A DNA stretch of 63,933 nucleotides from Chiloscyllium plagiosum (taxonomy: Eukaryota): assembly GCF_004010195.1 (NCBI RefSeq), contig NW_025215377.1:52026-115958 (forward strand). Reading direction: 5' to 3'. Of the stretch, positions 1 through 13,058 are shown piece by piece. A program made the translations under genes and the position numbers. Under the pieces are notes generated by a model. That model did not search any database, was not told the origin of the DNA, and saw only the letters and a program-made list of their open reading frames with translations. The first letter of the stretch is position 1; every line of letters starts with the position of its first letter.

Positions 1-690
1 CAGCCGTCCCTTTACCTGTGAACATCTGCCCCCAATCAGCTTTTGGAAGTTCTTGCCTAATACCGTTAAAACTGGCCTTTCTCTAATTTAGACCTTCAAC
101 TTTTAGATCTGGTCTATCCTTTTCCATCATTATTTTAAATCTAATAGAATTATGGTCGCTGGCCCCAAAGTGCTCCCCCATTGACACCTCAGTCACCTGC
201 CCTGCCTTATTTCCCAAGAGTAAGTCAAGTTTTGCACATTCTCTAGTCGGTACATCCACATACTGAATCAGAAAATTTTCTTGTACACATTAACAAATTC
301 CTCTCCATCTAAACCCTTAACACTATGGCAGTCCAAGTCTGTTTGGAAAGTTAAAATCCCCTACCACAACCACCCTATTATTCTTACAGATAACTGAGAT
401 CTCCTTCCAAGTTTGTTTCTCAATTTTCCACTGACTATTAGGGGGTCTATAATACAATCCCAATAAGGTGATCATCCCTTTCTTATTTCTCAGTTCCACC
501 CAAATAACCTCGTTGGACGTATTTCCGGGAATACCGTCCCTCAGTACAGCTGTAATGCCAACCCTTATCAAAAATGCCACTCTCTTCCACCCCCCCACTT
601 CCCCTTCTGTCCTTCCTGTAGCTGCCATCCTGTTCATCCCTGAACCATGTTTCTGTAAATGCTATGATATCCCAGTCCCATGTTCCTAAC
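1..690 (-). mobile_element. CR1-clade LINE ORF2 fragment, APE endonuclease region
   Basis: Minus-strand ORFs give WDIIAFTETW, WVELRNKKGMITLLGLYYRPPNS and VVVGDFNFP. Confidence 0.88.
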
Positions 691-1660
691 CACTGCAAGG
701 ATCTGTTTTGGGGCCACAGCTGTTGGCTATTTTTATAAATGACATGGACGAAGGCGTAGAAGGATGGGTTCATAAATTTGCAGATGACACTAAAGTCAGT
801 GGAGTTGCCGAATAGATAAGCTGCAGAGCTGAGAGGTTGCAAATGGAGTTTAATGCAAAAAAGCGTGAGGTGATTCACTTTGGAAGGAGTAACGGGAATG
901 CAGAGTACTGGGTTAATGGTAAGATTCTTGGTAGTGCAGATGAGCAGAGAGAGACCTCTAAGATTCTTGGTAGTGCAGATGAGCAGAGAGAGACCTCTGT
1001 GTCCATGTATATAGATCCCTGAAAGTTGCCACCCAGGTTGATAGGGTTGTTAAGAAGGCATATGGTGTGTTAGCTTTTATTGGTAGAGGGAATGAATTTC
1101 ACAGCCATGAGGTCATGTTGCAGCTGTACAAAACTCTGGTGTGGCCACACTTGGAGTATTGCGTACAGTTCTGGTCACTGCATTATAGGAAGGCTGTGGA
1201 AGCTTTGGAAAGGGTGCAGAGGAGATTTACCAGGATGTTGCCTGGTATGGAGGGAAGGTCTTATGAGGAAAGGCTGAGGGAATTTGAGGCTGTTTTCATC
1301 AGAGAGAAGAAGATTAACAGAGACATACAAGATAATCAGAGGGTTAGATAGGGTGGACAGTGAGAGCCTTTTTCCTTGGATAGTGTTGGCTAGCACGAGG
1401 GGACATAGCTTTAAATTGAGGGGTAATAGATAGAGGACAGATGTCAGAGGTAAATTCTTTACTCAGAGTAGTAAGGGCGTGGAATGCCCTGCCTGCAACA
1501 GTAGTAGACTTGACAGCTTTAAGGGCATTTAAATGATCTTTGGATAAATATGTGGATGATAATGAAATAGTGTAGGTTAGATGGGCTTCGGATTGGTTTA
1601 ACAGGTTGGTGCAACATCGAGAGCTGAAGGGCCTGTACTGCACTGTAATGTTCTATGTTG
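691..1660 (+). mobile_element. CR1-clade LINE 3' portion (RT C-terminus plus 3' UTR)
   Basis: QGSVLGP and KFADDTK remnants, LYKTLVWPHLEYCVQFW, and a tail ending gaagggcctgtactgcactgtaatgttctatgtt. Internal 39-bp tandem duplication at 921-998. Confidence 0.9.
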
Positions 1661-1844
1661 ATTTAAACACAGCCCACACACGATGGTGAGAAGCTGAAAA
1701 TTTAATTCATTAACACTTCCACAGCCCCAGTCTAGAATCAACAGAAGCTAGATGGTAGATTCTCTATCCCCACTACTTACTGACCGATATGGGCTCTCGA
1801 TCTAACATTATGTTAGATTTTCAATTCTTATCAAAGAACCTGAT

Positions 1845-2300
1845 ATGGCACAGGAGGAGGCCATTTGGCCCATCACGTCTCCAAGTGAGCAAAATGACTA
1901 AGAGCCATTCTCCTGCCTTTTCCCCTCATATCCCTGTTTTCAGTTAAATAATTACTCAATGCCCTCTTGAATGCCACGATTGTCTCCACCACAGGTCCAG
2001 TCAGTCCAATACCCTAAGTACTCTCAGTGTGAAAAAGTTTCTTTCTTGCATCGTTGCTGCTTCTTTTGCAAATCACTTTAAATCTGTGTCCCTCTTGTTC
2101 TTGTTCCTTTTATGAGCAGGAATAGTTACTCCACATCTACACTATCCAGTTCCCTCATGATTTTGAAAACTTCTATGAGATCTCTCAGCCTTCTCCTCTC
2201 CAAAGTCTAAGTGCCGTATACAAGTTCTTGTATTCCATACTCCTATCAATAAAGCAGAGAACACAGTATGCTTTATTAACTGCTTTCTCCACCTATACCC
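1845..2300 (-). mobile_element. Decayed CR1 3' fragment
   Basis: Reverse complement resembles the CR1 3' UTR and RT end seen in other copies (aggaggccatttggcccatc; tcatgattttgaaaacttctat). Confidence 0.6.
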
Positions 2301-2854
2301 CTTTAAGAGGTTCCTTAAAACCTCCATTTAATCACCTGTCCTAATGTCTCATGTGGTCTGGGGTTAACTTCAGTCTGATCATGCTTTGTGGGAGTCAATA
2401 GTTGCATTTTGCTGAATGACCAGGTGTGTCACTAATGAGCTAACTGCACAAGCACACAAGGACAAGTGAAGGGGAATGGATGGGGCTATCAGATTTGAAG
2501 TAAAAATAATTTTTAAAAATCAGATACAAAAATTTTTTTATTGTAGTAACACTTCAGATTATTATGAAAGTATGTATATATTTATAAATAGACAATATTC
2601 AAGGTTATAGAGAATGAGTAAAGTTTGGGAGTAATTTGGACAGCTCTTTCAAAGAATCAATAAATGCAGGAAAGGCTGAATGGTCTGGATCATACCTGTC
2701 TATTGATAGTATGAGGAAGCTTTTTTAAAAATTACAAATTGCTGGAAATGTTCAGAGGTCAATCTCTGATGATGCATTCCTCACCAATCTCAGTTCCTAT
2801 GTCAGAAACATGATGGTCCTTTGGAAGACTTTAATTCAAGCAGACAGGACAATT

Positions 2855-3150
2855 CTCATCAAACAGTCCCAGGACAAGGACAGCCTGTGGTTAGATACAG
2901 AATAAAGATTCGTCCACACTGTGAATCATCAAACACTCCCAGGACAGGGACAGCCTGTGGTTAGATACAGAGTAAAGCTCCCTCCACACTGTCCCCCAAC
3001 AAACACTCCGAGGACAGGGACAGCATGGGGTTAGATACAGAATAAAGATTCGTCCACACTGTGAATCATCAAACACTTCCAGGACAGGGTCAGCATGGGG
3101 TTAGATACAGAATAAAGCTTCCTCCACACTGTTCCCATTGTACACTCCCA
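2855..3150. repeat. 70-bp tandem repeat, about 4 copies
   Basis: aggaca recurs at 2871, 2941, 3011 and 3081; unit contains ggttagatacagartaaag and catcaaacactccc. Confidence 0.9.
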
Positions 3151-4624
3151 GCAGAAATTAGTAGAGAAATATCAATATCTTTAGAAGGAATAAATAGTTA
3201 GTGCCAATTGGTTAGTAGAATGAACATGGAGAGGCCAATAGTGTAGCACAACTTCTCTGAGCGTCTGCAATTGACGTAGTGATTCAGGTTGACATTGCTG
3301 AATTTCCTGCACAATATCTGTCCTGACAGTGACATCCCCTCACTCTTAAAGAAAGAACATATTTCCTCTTTTTTGTCCCAGAAATTTAGTCCACATGTTA
3401 TTTATGTCCAACATGACTTCCTCCCAGTTTACTTCATCTCACCTTCCTCAACTCTCCTTCCATTCTCTTGTCTACCTTCCCATCAAATGCACTGCAGGTA
3501 TTCACCTCAACTATTTCCTATTGTAGCAATGTGCACATGCATTCCACTCTCTTGGTCAAGAGATTTCTCTCAATTGTCTGACTGGATTTATCAGGATTAG
3601 TATTATATTGCTGTAGAATGACTAGAGAAGCTGGGAAGGTAGAGGAGAAAATTGGTCAAGGTATCCAAAGCCAGGAAGGGTTTTAATAGACCAAATGGGG
3701 AGAAACAGTTTCTGTTGACATGAACCAGAGAATACAGATTGAAGATAATTAGCAAAATAAAGGAAGGTATGGTTAAGAATTTTATCTTATACTGTTTTCT
3801 TTAAAGAAAATTGCATTGTGGGTATCCCTACAGCACATAGACTGTACAGTCGAAGGTGGTGGCTCACCACCAGTTTCTCATCGGCAATTAGGAATAGCCA
3901 ATAAATGTTGGCCCAGCCTGTGACACTCGCATCTCATGAATAATAAAAAAAATTGTAATGTCTGAATTGTAATGTCTGTCCAAGAGGGTAGCAGATGCAA
4001 TATTTTCAAAGTAGAATTGGATAAATATTTGATAAGGAAAATTTCACAAGAAAATGGGGTGAGAACTAATGGGATTCCAATGGGTTTTTTACAGTAAATG
4101 TTTTTAAAGCTAAGATAGATATTTTTTGAACAGTAAAGGAATTAGGGGATATGGTGAGAGGGTGGGTAAGTGGAACTGAGTCCACGAAACGATCAGCCAT
4201 GATCTTAGCGAATGGCGGAGGGCCAGATGGCCAACTCCTGCTCCTAGTTCTGATGTTCTTCACTCAAAGTGCCTGCTCAGGCACTGTGGGCCAAATGGCC
4301 TCTTTCTGAACTAGTGCTGTGTCATTCATGGGCCCCTTGTGATTGACCTCTGCCTGTAATTTGGTTGACTCTCAATAGCCCTCTGAAATGGCCAGGCAAG
4401 GCTCTCCTTCCAAGGGCCAGGAGGGATGGGCACAAATACTTGTCTTTCATCTCAAGAAAGAATAAAGGAAGTGGAAACATTTGCTCTGCATCTGAAGTAC
4501 GTATGTAGTGATGAAGGGGTTAAACACGTCTTGTTTATCTGTCTTTTTTTATTGTAGTTGCTGGGTACTAATTAGCAGAGCTTTCTCCACCAGTCAGCAA
4601 ATGGTTTCAGTGTCATTCAATTTA

Positions 4625-4885
<261 letters not shown>

Positions 4886-5715
4886 TTAGTCCATCAGAGA
4901 TTTCATTAAGGAGCAGTGCCCAGGAGGAGCTAAATTGAGTTTGTATGGATCTCGTGAGCCTGCCCTCACAGTTATGCGGATAAACAGCATGGTGTCTGCC
5001 GAGACACGCACTCAGTGTTGCCAAGACGACGCGATCGAAAGCGAGCACAGGGTGGTGGTTGGCGCGATGGGGAGGGGCGAGGTGGGGTGGGGAGAGGGCG
5101 CACACGTACGCGAAGCAGAAAGCCACTGGCCGCAACCTTCTAATGCAGAGATTAATAACTAAAAAAAAATAATCTCTTGACATTTTCTGTGTTCAGTGGA
5201 TGAGAAGGACAAACATACAGACTCAGGGTGACTCTGTTCCACCCTGACTGGCTGGGTGCACTAAATCGGATTTTGGAAAACTTGAAATGGTTGAATAATA
5301 GGAACCTGATTGGATTACTATGATAAATAAATGTCAGTCTTTAATCTTTGCAAATGTACCAGAGAATAGAATCCTCTTCTTACTCACTTGCCTTTTCATT
5401 GCCTGTCAGGATGATTTGTAAGATTTTTGTTTGTAATAGTAACATGCAGCCTCATGACCAGTGGGGAAGGGGAGTCATCTATTACCCCCCATACCCCTCA
5501 CTACATCAGGATAGGTGAAGAAGTCACTGAAGAAATAATTTATATTCAGGAGTTGTGAATAAAGGAGCTCCCCAGCTCCTCACCTCCGTTCTCACTTATT
5601 CCTGTAGCTACAGGTGTTGTCATGGCTCAGGGGACAGCGCTTTGACCCTCAGTTAAAATGTCATGGGCTCAAGTCACGCCAGACACCTCACCATATCACC
5701 CAAAATGATACAAAT

Positions 5716-6093
5716 CAGTGCAGTACTGAGGGAGTGCTGCACTGTCAGGAGATCAGTGCTGAGGGGGTGCCTCACTGTTGCAGGATCAGTGCTGAGGGAA
5801 TGCCATACTGTCGGAGGGTCAGTGCTGAGGGAGTGCCACACTGTCGCAGGATCAGTGCTGAGGGAACGCCATACTGTCGGAGGGTCAGTGCTGAGGGAGT
5901 GCCACACTGTCGCAGGATCAGTGCTGAGGGAACGCCATACTGTCGGAGGGTCAGTGCTAAGGGAGCGCCACACTGTTGGTGGGTCAGTGCTGAGGGAATG
6001 CCGCACTGTCAGAGAGTCATTACTGAGGGAGCGCCGGACTGTCGGAGGATCAGTGCTGAGGGAGTGCCGGACTGTTGGAGGGTGAGTGCTGAG
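5716..6093 (+). repeat. 33-bp minisatellite, about 11 copies
   Basis: Unit close to cagtgctgagggagtgccacactgtcggagggt; produces spurious 11-aa-periodic ORFs in three frames. Confidence 0.93.
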
Positions 6094-6639
6094 AGTTGAG
6101 AAAATAAGATCTGGTGTGATGATACCTTTCAGCAATCCTCAAAGTGACCAGTCCACTGAAGTTGACTTTGAAATATTTTGTCTTAATGCTTGTGTAGATA
6201 GCTACAAATACATGAGAATTTGTTGACTGCCCTACTGTGAATTCAAAGAATGTAGTGATAGCACTGCAGGTGAAATTTTTCTAATGCTCATCTGTGTTGT
6301 TGATACATAGTCTAGCAGCACAAGAGTGTGTGGTGTGTGATGTGTCTGCTGTACACTAGGACATCTCTTGACTTGAAGAGGTCTTTTGTTGTTAAACATT
6401 CGCTGCTGTAGTTTATTTAATACTGAGATCAAGATCTGAGAAGTGTTCAATATATTCCCGAATCTCTCCTTCAACATATTTAGAAGGTAAAATATTTGGC
6501 TTACCAGCTCCGAGCTGATTTGAATTTTATTGGGGGAACGGTCAAAGACAAATTCATCTCTAGTACACAGAATTGAAGAGTTTGAGAGAGCTTTGCAAAT
6601 GTAGAGCAGAGTGGACGACACTGCAGTCACCGACAAATT

Positions 6640-6850
6640 GTGGATTTTCAATGTCCGTGGAGGCCTGTTCAGCTTTGGCACAGAGGTGACCTTTGATTAA
6701 GGTCCGATTAGAAAAATGACACTTCAGACATTGCAGCACTCCCTCACAACTGGCACTGAGGTTGTTAGTAGTCTGATGTTTTAGTTTGGAGACTTGCACT
6801 TACACCACTCTGACTGAGGGTGGAGAATGTTATTTACTGAACCATGGCTC
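6640..6850 (-). mobile_element. Decayed DeuSINE/SacSINE1-like SINE
   Basis: Single copy of gacattgcagcactccctca with a tRNA-like head at the right end; family assignment is from recall. Confidence 0.5.
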
Positions 6851-7912
6851 ATTCCTCAGGTGATAACCCCCGACTGGAAAGGTGTCAGCTCCGAGGTTGT
6901 CAGGCAGGAGCAGGTAACAGGAGGTCACTCCATTGCTGGGACCACTAAGACATATTTTACTTTATTAGTCTTCTCCTGGGGTCTGATGAAAGGTTTCAGA
7001 GTGTGAAGTTAGCTAGATATTGATTCTCATAAATACAATGTATTACTTTACTAAGATCAATACAGGGATTAGGGGGAGGGGTTGTGGGGGGGGGACAGTC
7101 ACCAAAAAGCAAGGAAGCAGAAATTGGCTTTTGCCTCTTCTTATTGCACCAGTAATGTAGCAATTCATTCTGAATTGTCTTACTGCTCTCTATCACCGTT
7201 ACTGTAGAAAAGAATCAGGGAGTGCTGGCATGACAAGTGAAATCCTAGCAGCTCGATCAATCTTTAAAAGGCTACCTTCAGCACAACTCTCCTGTACCCT
7301 TCCCTTTCTCCATTCCCACTCCTCCCTCCCTCCCTAGGCTACAGGCTTTCCAGTTTTGCTATCTCACCCCATTCAACATGAGCCTGCAGTTAATTTCCAT
7401 CCTAGAGTGTCTGGAGCTATAACTGTCAGAATTGTACAACAAAGAAAAATTTGTATTTACACAGCATCTTTAACATAGAAAAATGCACCAAGAAACTTCA
7501 CCACAGTGATTATTAAACGAGTTTGATGCTGAAACAGAGAAGATATTATAACAGATCATGAAAAGCTTGGTCAAAGAAACAGGTTTTAAGGCAGTCCTTC
7601 CCAAACACTTCCCCCCACTGTGACTCCATTTTAAGGTCAGAAAATGACTGTGGTCCCTCAGAGAGATCAAGATGCGAAGGGGGAGAGAAGCTGTGAGAAT
7701 GGGGGCCTATTACAGCTGGATCATAGTTGTTGTAATACAGAAAGAGAGCCACAGCTTGAGATCCCAGATTCTCAGCTCATTAGGATCCCAATTGTCACTT
7801 TGGAAAGACCTGTAGACCTGTGTTAAGGAGCATCTTAAAGAAGAAGGGAGAGATTTAAGGAGGGAATGCCAGAGCTTGGGGCCCAGGCCGATGCAGGCAC
7901 AGCCATTGATCA

Positions 7913-8912
7913 GAGTCATAGAGCTATGTAGCACGGAAACAGACCCTTCGGTACAACTCACCCGCACTGACCAGATATCCTAAACTGATCTAGTTTCATT
8001 TGCCAGCATTTGGACCAAATCCCTCCTAACCTTTCCCATTCATAAACCCATCCAGGTGCCTTTTCAATGCTGTAATTGTACCAGCCTCCATCACTCCCTC
8101 TGGCAGCTCAGTCCATAAACGCACCACCCATCGGTTTCCCTCTCAGGTCCTTTTTAAATCTTTCCTCTCTCACCTTAACCCTACGCCCTCTAGTTTTGGC
8201 TCCCCTACCCTTGGAAAAAGATCCTGGTTAGTCACTCTTACCATTCCCATCATGATTTTATAAACCTCTATAAGGTCACCCTCAGCCTCCATCGCTCAGT
8301 GGAAAATATCCCCAGCCTATTCAGCCTCTCCTTGTAACTCAAACCTTTAATTCCAGCAACATCCTTATAAATCTTTTCTGCATTCTCTTAAGTTTAACAA
8401 CATTGTTCCTATATCAGGGAAACCAGAATTTTGCGCAGTATTCTAAAGGTAGCCTAATCAATGTCCTGTACAGCACAACGTGACCTCCTATACTCAGTAC
8501 ACTGACCAACGAAAGTAAATATGCCAAATGCCTTCTTCACTAGCCTGTCTAACTATTAATCTACTTTCAAGGAACTATGCACCTCTAGGTCTCTTTGTTC
8601 AGCAACACTCCCATTAACTGTACAAGTCCTGCCCTAACTTGTCTTACCAAAATGCAACACCTCACATTTATCTGAATTAAATGTCCTCAGCCCTTTGGCC
8701 CATCTGATCAAGGTCTTGCTACATTCTGAGGTAACCTTCTTCATTATTCATAACACCACCTATTTTGGTGTCATCTGCAAATTTACTAACCATTTCTCCT
8801 ATATTCACATCCAAATCATTTTTATAAATAACAAACAGCAGTGGACACAGCACTGATCCTTGCATCACACTGCTGGTCACAGGCCTCCAGTCCGAAAAAC
8901 AACACTCTACTA
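7913..8912 (-). mobile_element. CR1 (HER1-like) LINE 3' portion
   Basis: Tail agagtcatagag at the left end; reverse complement spans RT (gtcatctgcaaattt = KFADD) to the 3' UTR. Confidence 0.88.
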
Positions 8913-9439
8913 CCTTGACGGATCAATTAAGATTTGGGAACTTGCTGCAGATGATAATTGGAATTAGACAGGTATTTCAGAGGCATGTAAGTGGAGGAAC
9001 CGACAGAAGTAGGGAAGATGGGAGAGAGTAATGACTATTTTTTGATTGTAGACTGAAATGGGAAAATGACCTCTATAAAGACCAAGAATTGTGGAAAGGA
9101 TTACTGGACTTTGTAAAAGCGAGTTATCTGGCACTCATTATAAGTGCTGTTTACATTGGTGTTTGTTCAACTAGTCTGGGAGGACTTCCCCCTCCATTCT
9201 CCATATTCCTTGATTTTCCCCAAGGCCAAAAACCCATTGATCTTTGATTTGAAAAACTCACCAACCGAGTATCTACACTCTTTGGGGAGAAGTATTTCAA
9301 AGATTCACTGCCCTTTTGAGAGATGGGATTCCCCTCCAGATCAGTCCTAAATGATTACCCCCTCAGCCTGAGACTATATCCTTAATTCAACACTCTAGAC
9401 AGGTCAAACAGCCTCTCAGCATCCATCCTACTGCAGTCC

Positions 9440-9705
9440 ATGTGCTGAGGTTAGACACACCATGCCGTTAGGAATGGAGTTTCAGGATTATGAGCCAGCG
9501 ATACTGAAGGAACAGTGATGTATATCCAAGTGCGGATGGTGAGTGGCTTGAAATGGAACTTGCAGGTGGTGGTGTTTTCATATATCTGCTGCCCTTGTCC
9601 TTCTAAATGTTAGAAGTCATGGTTTTTGAAAGTACTGTCTAAGGAGTGTTGATGCAGTGCTACAATGCATCTTGTAATAATATACACTGCTGCTATTGTT
9701 CACTG
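9440..9705 (-). mobile_element. L2-like LINE 3' fragment
   Basis: Shares tatctgctgcccttgtccttcta and related blocks with copies at 19830-21060 and 50610-51560. Confidence 0.65.
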
Positions 9706-11074
9706 GAATATAAGACATATTCCAGTTCTGTAAAATCCAGAGCAAAGAAACATTTTGACCGACTGGTCTACCCTGGCATTTATGTTCTTCCCCTCACACC
9801 TTCAGAACTAGCATCCCTGAGCAAAATGGCAATAATAAGTGTCATGTCTCAATACATCTTGATGGTCAATAGAGGGATAGAGAGACAGAAAAAGAGTGCT
9901 GTGTAGTCAAGTCATGTGCAGACAAAGAGGCAGCTGTGTCTTTAAATGGTCGATATGGCCTGCTTAAGGCAGAAAGCAAATTTCCCCCCAAATTTGATTA
10001 GGTTCCTACAGCCTCTCCAGAAACCTACCCAATAAATGTGAGCAGACACCACCTGTGTCAGATTCGTGCCCGGCCCATTCATCAAGTTTTAGCCAATTAA
10101 CACAGGCCTGTTAGTTTGAACCATTTACAGCTGGTTTTTGTGGGGGGAGAAACAGAAAGACAGTGATTGATGGAGGGGCCTACAAATAGAATAAAAGACA
10201 GACAAAAGAAAAGGCATGTGTTGCCTGGTGTCACTGGACAAGAGAGAGAAAAAGTGGGACAGGGGGATTTGTTCACTGGGGGTTTAATCCATGTCACTTC
10301 AGGCAGACCTCGTCTGTCATGTGCTCCAGTCAAAATCTTATTAAGTAGTATGTGACCAGGCTCCTTCATTGTTACTGAACCAATTTGTTGTTGGAGGTAA
10401 ACACAGGGGTGGGGTGGTGTTTCTTTCTCCAGTCCTTTCTGCCAGAATGTGAGTGACTTAAATTGGAGAGAACAGATGGACTTAAACATTCCTTTAACAT
10501 TTTACACAGAATTACACAACAGAGAAAGAGGCCACTCAGCCCCAGGACAGAGATCAGGAGAAATTATTTCTCTCACAGTTGTTAGTTCAAGAAATTCTCT
10601 TCCCCACAGAGTAGTGGAGGTGGGGTCATTGAATGTTTTAAAGCAGACTTAGACAGATACTGTACTGCTATCAGAATCCAAGGGGTCGGGGAAAAGACAG
10701 AAAAATCGAGCTAAAGCCACAGTCAGATTGCCCACAATCTTCTTGAATAAAAGGGAGGGAGAAAGGGGCAGAGTGGCCTAATCCAGCACCAGTTTTCATG
10801 CTTGTATCATCCCACACAACATCCCTCCCACCATATTCCATCAAAACCTATTTTTCTATTTCTTTCTCTTTTGTTGATGTAGCTTTCCCTTAAATGCATC
10901 AGCTGCTGTCCTCAACCACACTCTGTGGCAATGAGTCCAACATTCTCCCTCAGTCTCTGGGTAGTAAGCTTTCTCTGGTAGTCCTGATTGGATTTAATAG
11001 AGTATCTCATATTGATGTGGAGAGACTTGAGGGATGGGAAGTGTACTGTTGCCTTACACCTCACAATCATGATG

Positions 11075-11498
11075 TGGAGGTGTCTATGTTGGACTGGAGC
11101 AGACAAGGTCAGAAGTCACCCGACACCAGGTTATAGTCCAACAGGTTTATTTGAAATCACAAGCTTTCAGAGCGCTGCTCCTTCGTCAGGACTTCATGTG
11201 ACAAAGGAGCAGTGATCCAAAAGCTTGTGATTTCAAATAAACCCAACAGACTATAACCTGGTCAAGAGCTTAGCGTTGGAAAAACACATAACCTGGTCAA
11301 GAGCTTAGCGTTGGAAAAACACAGTAGGTCAGGCAGCATCCGAGGAGTCTCCTGCTCCTCGGATGCTGCCGATTCTCCTCCTCGAATGCTGCCTGACCTG
11401 GTGTACTTTCCCAGCACCACACTCTCGACTGATCTTCAGCATCTGCAGTCCTCATTTTCTCCTAGACTATAACCTGGTGTCATGTGACTTCTGACTTT
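11075..11498. mobile_element. Fold-back Penelope-like element (family B) with a nested family A fold-back element at 11263-11463
   Basis: Inverted arms ccaggttatagtc...tttatttgaaatcacaagctt / aagcttgtgatttcaaataaa...gactataacctgg. Outer TSD 11059-11074 / 11499-11514. Inner perfect TSD agactataacctggt 11248-11262 / 11464-11478. Confidence 0.8.
11160..11189 (-). ncRNA. Minimal hammerhead ribozyme-like core
   Basis: Minus strand reads CUGACGA-A-GGAGC-AGC-GCUCU-GAAAGCUU; stem II pairs and the stem III region is palindromic. Confidence 0.6.
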
Positions 11499-12149
11499 CC
11501 TCACATTCATTATGACTTTAAGAGACTGACTCATGATATTAATACTGTATCACAGCATGCCATTTGAGAGTATAAAGATCTCATACTACACCTTACTTTA
11601 GATCATTTGAAGCATACACTATGCTGGAAGCATGCTCCTATATTGTAAATTATGAGCTTAGTATTAGCCCAGACATTTAGATATGATTTAGATAGGAGTG
11701 TAATGTTTGCACAGAATGGTTAGTTATAAAAAATATCTGTTGGATTTCAATACCATAATATACACCTCCAATTTCTTATGTTAAGGGAGAAACGTAAGTC
11801 GGGCCGCAACAGATAAAACGTAATGTTGCAGGCAAATTCAACACCTCATCTACATAGTTAGTAAAGGTTCACAGAAATATTGTGGGGGTCTGATAGAATA
11901 GATGAGGGAAAAATGTTTATTAGCAATGACCTTATTTTTAATCTCCAGTTCTGGACTGCTGCACAGAAATAGTATTTGTTTGGGGCCACACTACTGAATC
12001 TATTCAGAAGTTTAAAGTCTCAAAGTGCCTCTTCCTGGGGCCCAGTTCCAAGGGTAATCATTAAATTTAGATTACTATCAGTCAAACAGTGAAAGATGAT
12101 GTTGCTGCAATGTGGTGAGCATTGTATGTGAATCTACCAGCTCTGGCAG

Positions 12150-12725
12150 AGGCTTACTGGGTATTGGTCTTGCCTCGGAATCAGGAAGTTGTGAGCCCCA
12201 CCCACAGACTTGAACACAAACTGGTCTAATACTCGGCTTCAATACTGAGTTATCACTGAATTATTAAAGGTCAGTACTGATAAAGTGCTGCTCTGTTGGA
12301 GGGTCTGTACTGAAGGAGAGCTACACTGTCAGAGACAAAAATAGAAATTGCTGGAAAATCTCAGCAGGTCTGGCAGCATCTGTGGAGAGAAATCAGAGTT
12401 AATGTTTTGAGGCACTGACCCTTCCTCAGAACTGATGGTAGTTGGGAAAATGTTGGTTTATATGCAGATGATGCACTGTTGGAGGGTCAATGCTGAGGGA
12501 GTGCCGCACTGTTGAAGGGTCAGTGCTGAGGGAGTGCCGCACTGTCGGAGGGTCAGTGCTGAGGGAGTGCCGCACTATTGGAGGGTCACCGCACTGTTGG
12601 AGGGTCAGTGCTGAGGGAGTGCTGCACTGTCAGAGGGTCAATACTGAGGAGCACTGCACCAAGCAAAGTGTATTCTTCTGACTGAATTAAAATATTCTTT
12701 AGTCTCTCAAGTGGATATAATGGTT
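12150..12725 (+). mobile_element. DeuSINE-like SINE with internal 33-bp tandem expansion, interrupted by a PLE-type fragment (about 12333-12470)
   Basis: Decayed tRNA-like head, 33-bp units at about 12270-12330 and 12475-12655, then ctctcaagtggatataa. The insert contains gaaattgctggaaaatctcagcaggtctggcagcatctg. Confidence 0.6.
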
Positions 12726-13006
12726 TCAAGTATTGAATGATGTTTCACAAGGTGAGGTAATAAGTTTTACTCACTCTGTCCATATAGCCTGACTCAGTCT
12801 GTGAGAGAATCATAACTTAAGTTTCTGATGTACAGATCCTACTACACTGCTGCATTCCCGCAACACTGGTACTGGGAAATCTGCCTGGGATTCTGAGGTT
12901 CAATTCCGGTTGAGTGGAAGAGTTGTGGTAAAGTACTGGGATGCAATGCTTTGATACTGAATTGGTTTCACAGCTTCCCAAGTATAAACAAGGTGCCAGA
13001 GTGAGT

Positions 13007-13012
<6 letters not shown>

Positions 13013-13055
<43 letters not shown>
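13013..13055. repeat. (GA)n microsatellite
   Basis: About 21 uninterrupted GA units. Confidence 0.97.

Positions 13056-13058
<3 letters not shown>

Noticed and set aside
5614..6135. 140-161 aa Cys/His-rich repetitive ORFs
   Set aside because: By-product of a stop-free 33-bp minisatellite; open in several frames and on both strands.
6232..6681. 149-aa minus-strand ORF with a possible donor (ctg/gtaagc near 6503)
   Set aside because: No recognisable homology, it begins within a decayed SINE, and the flanking CLPB exons already join in frame without it.
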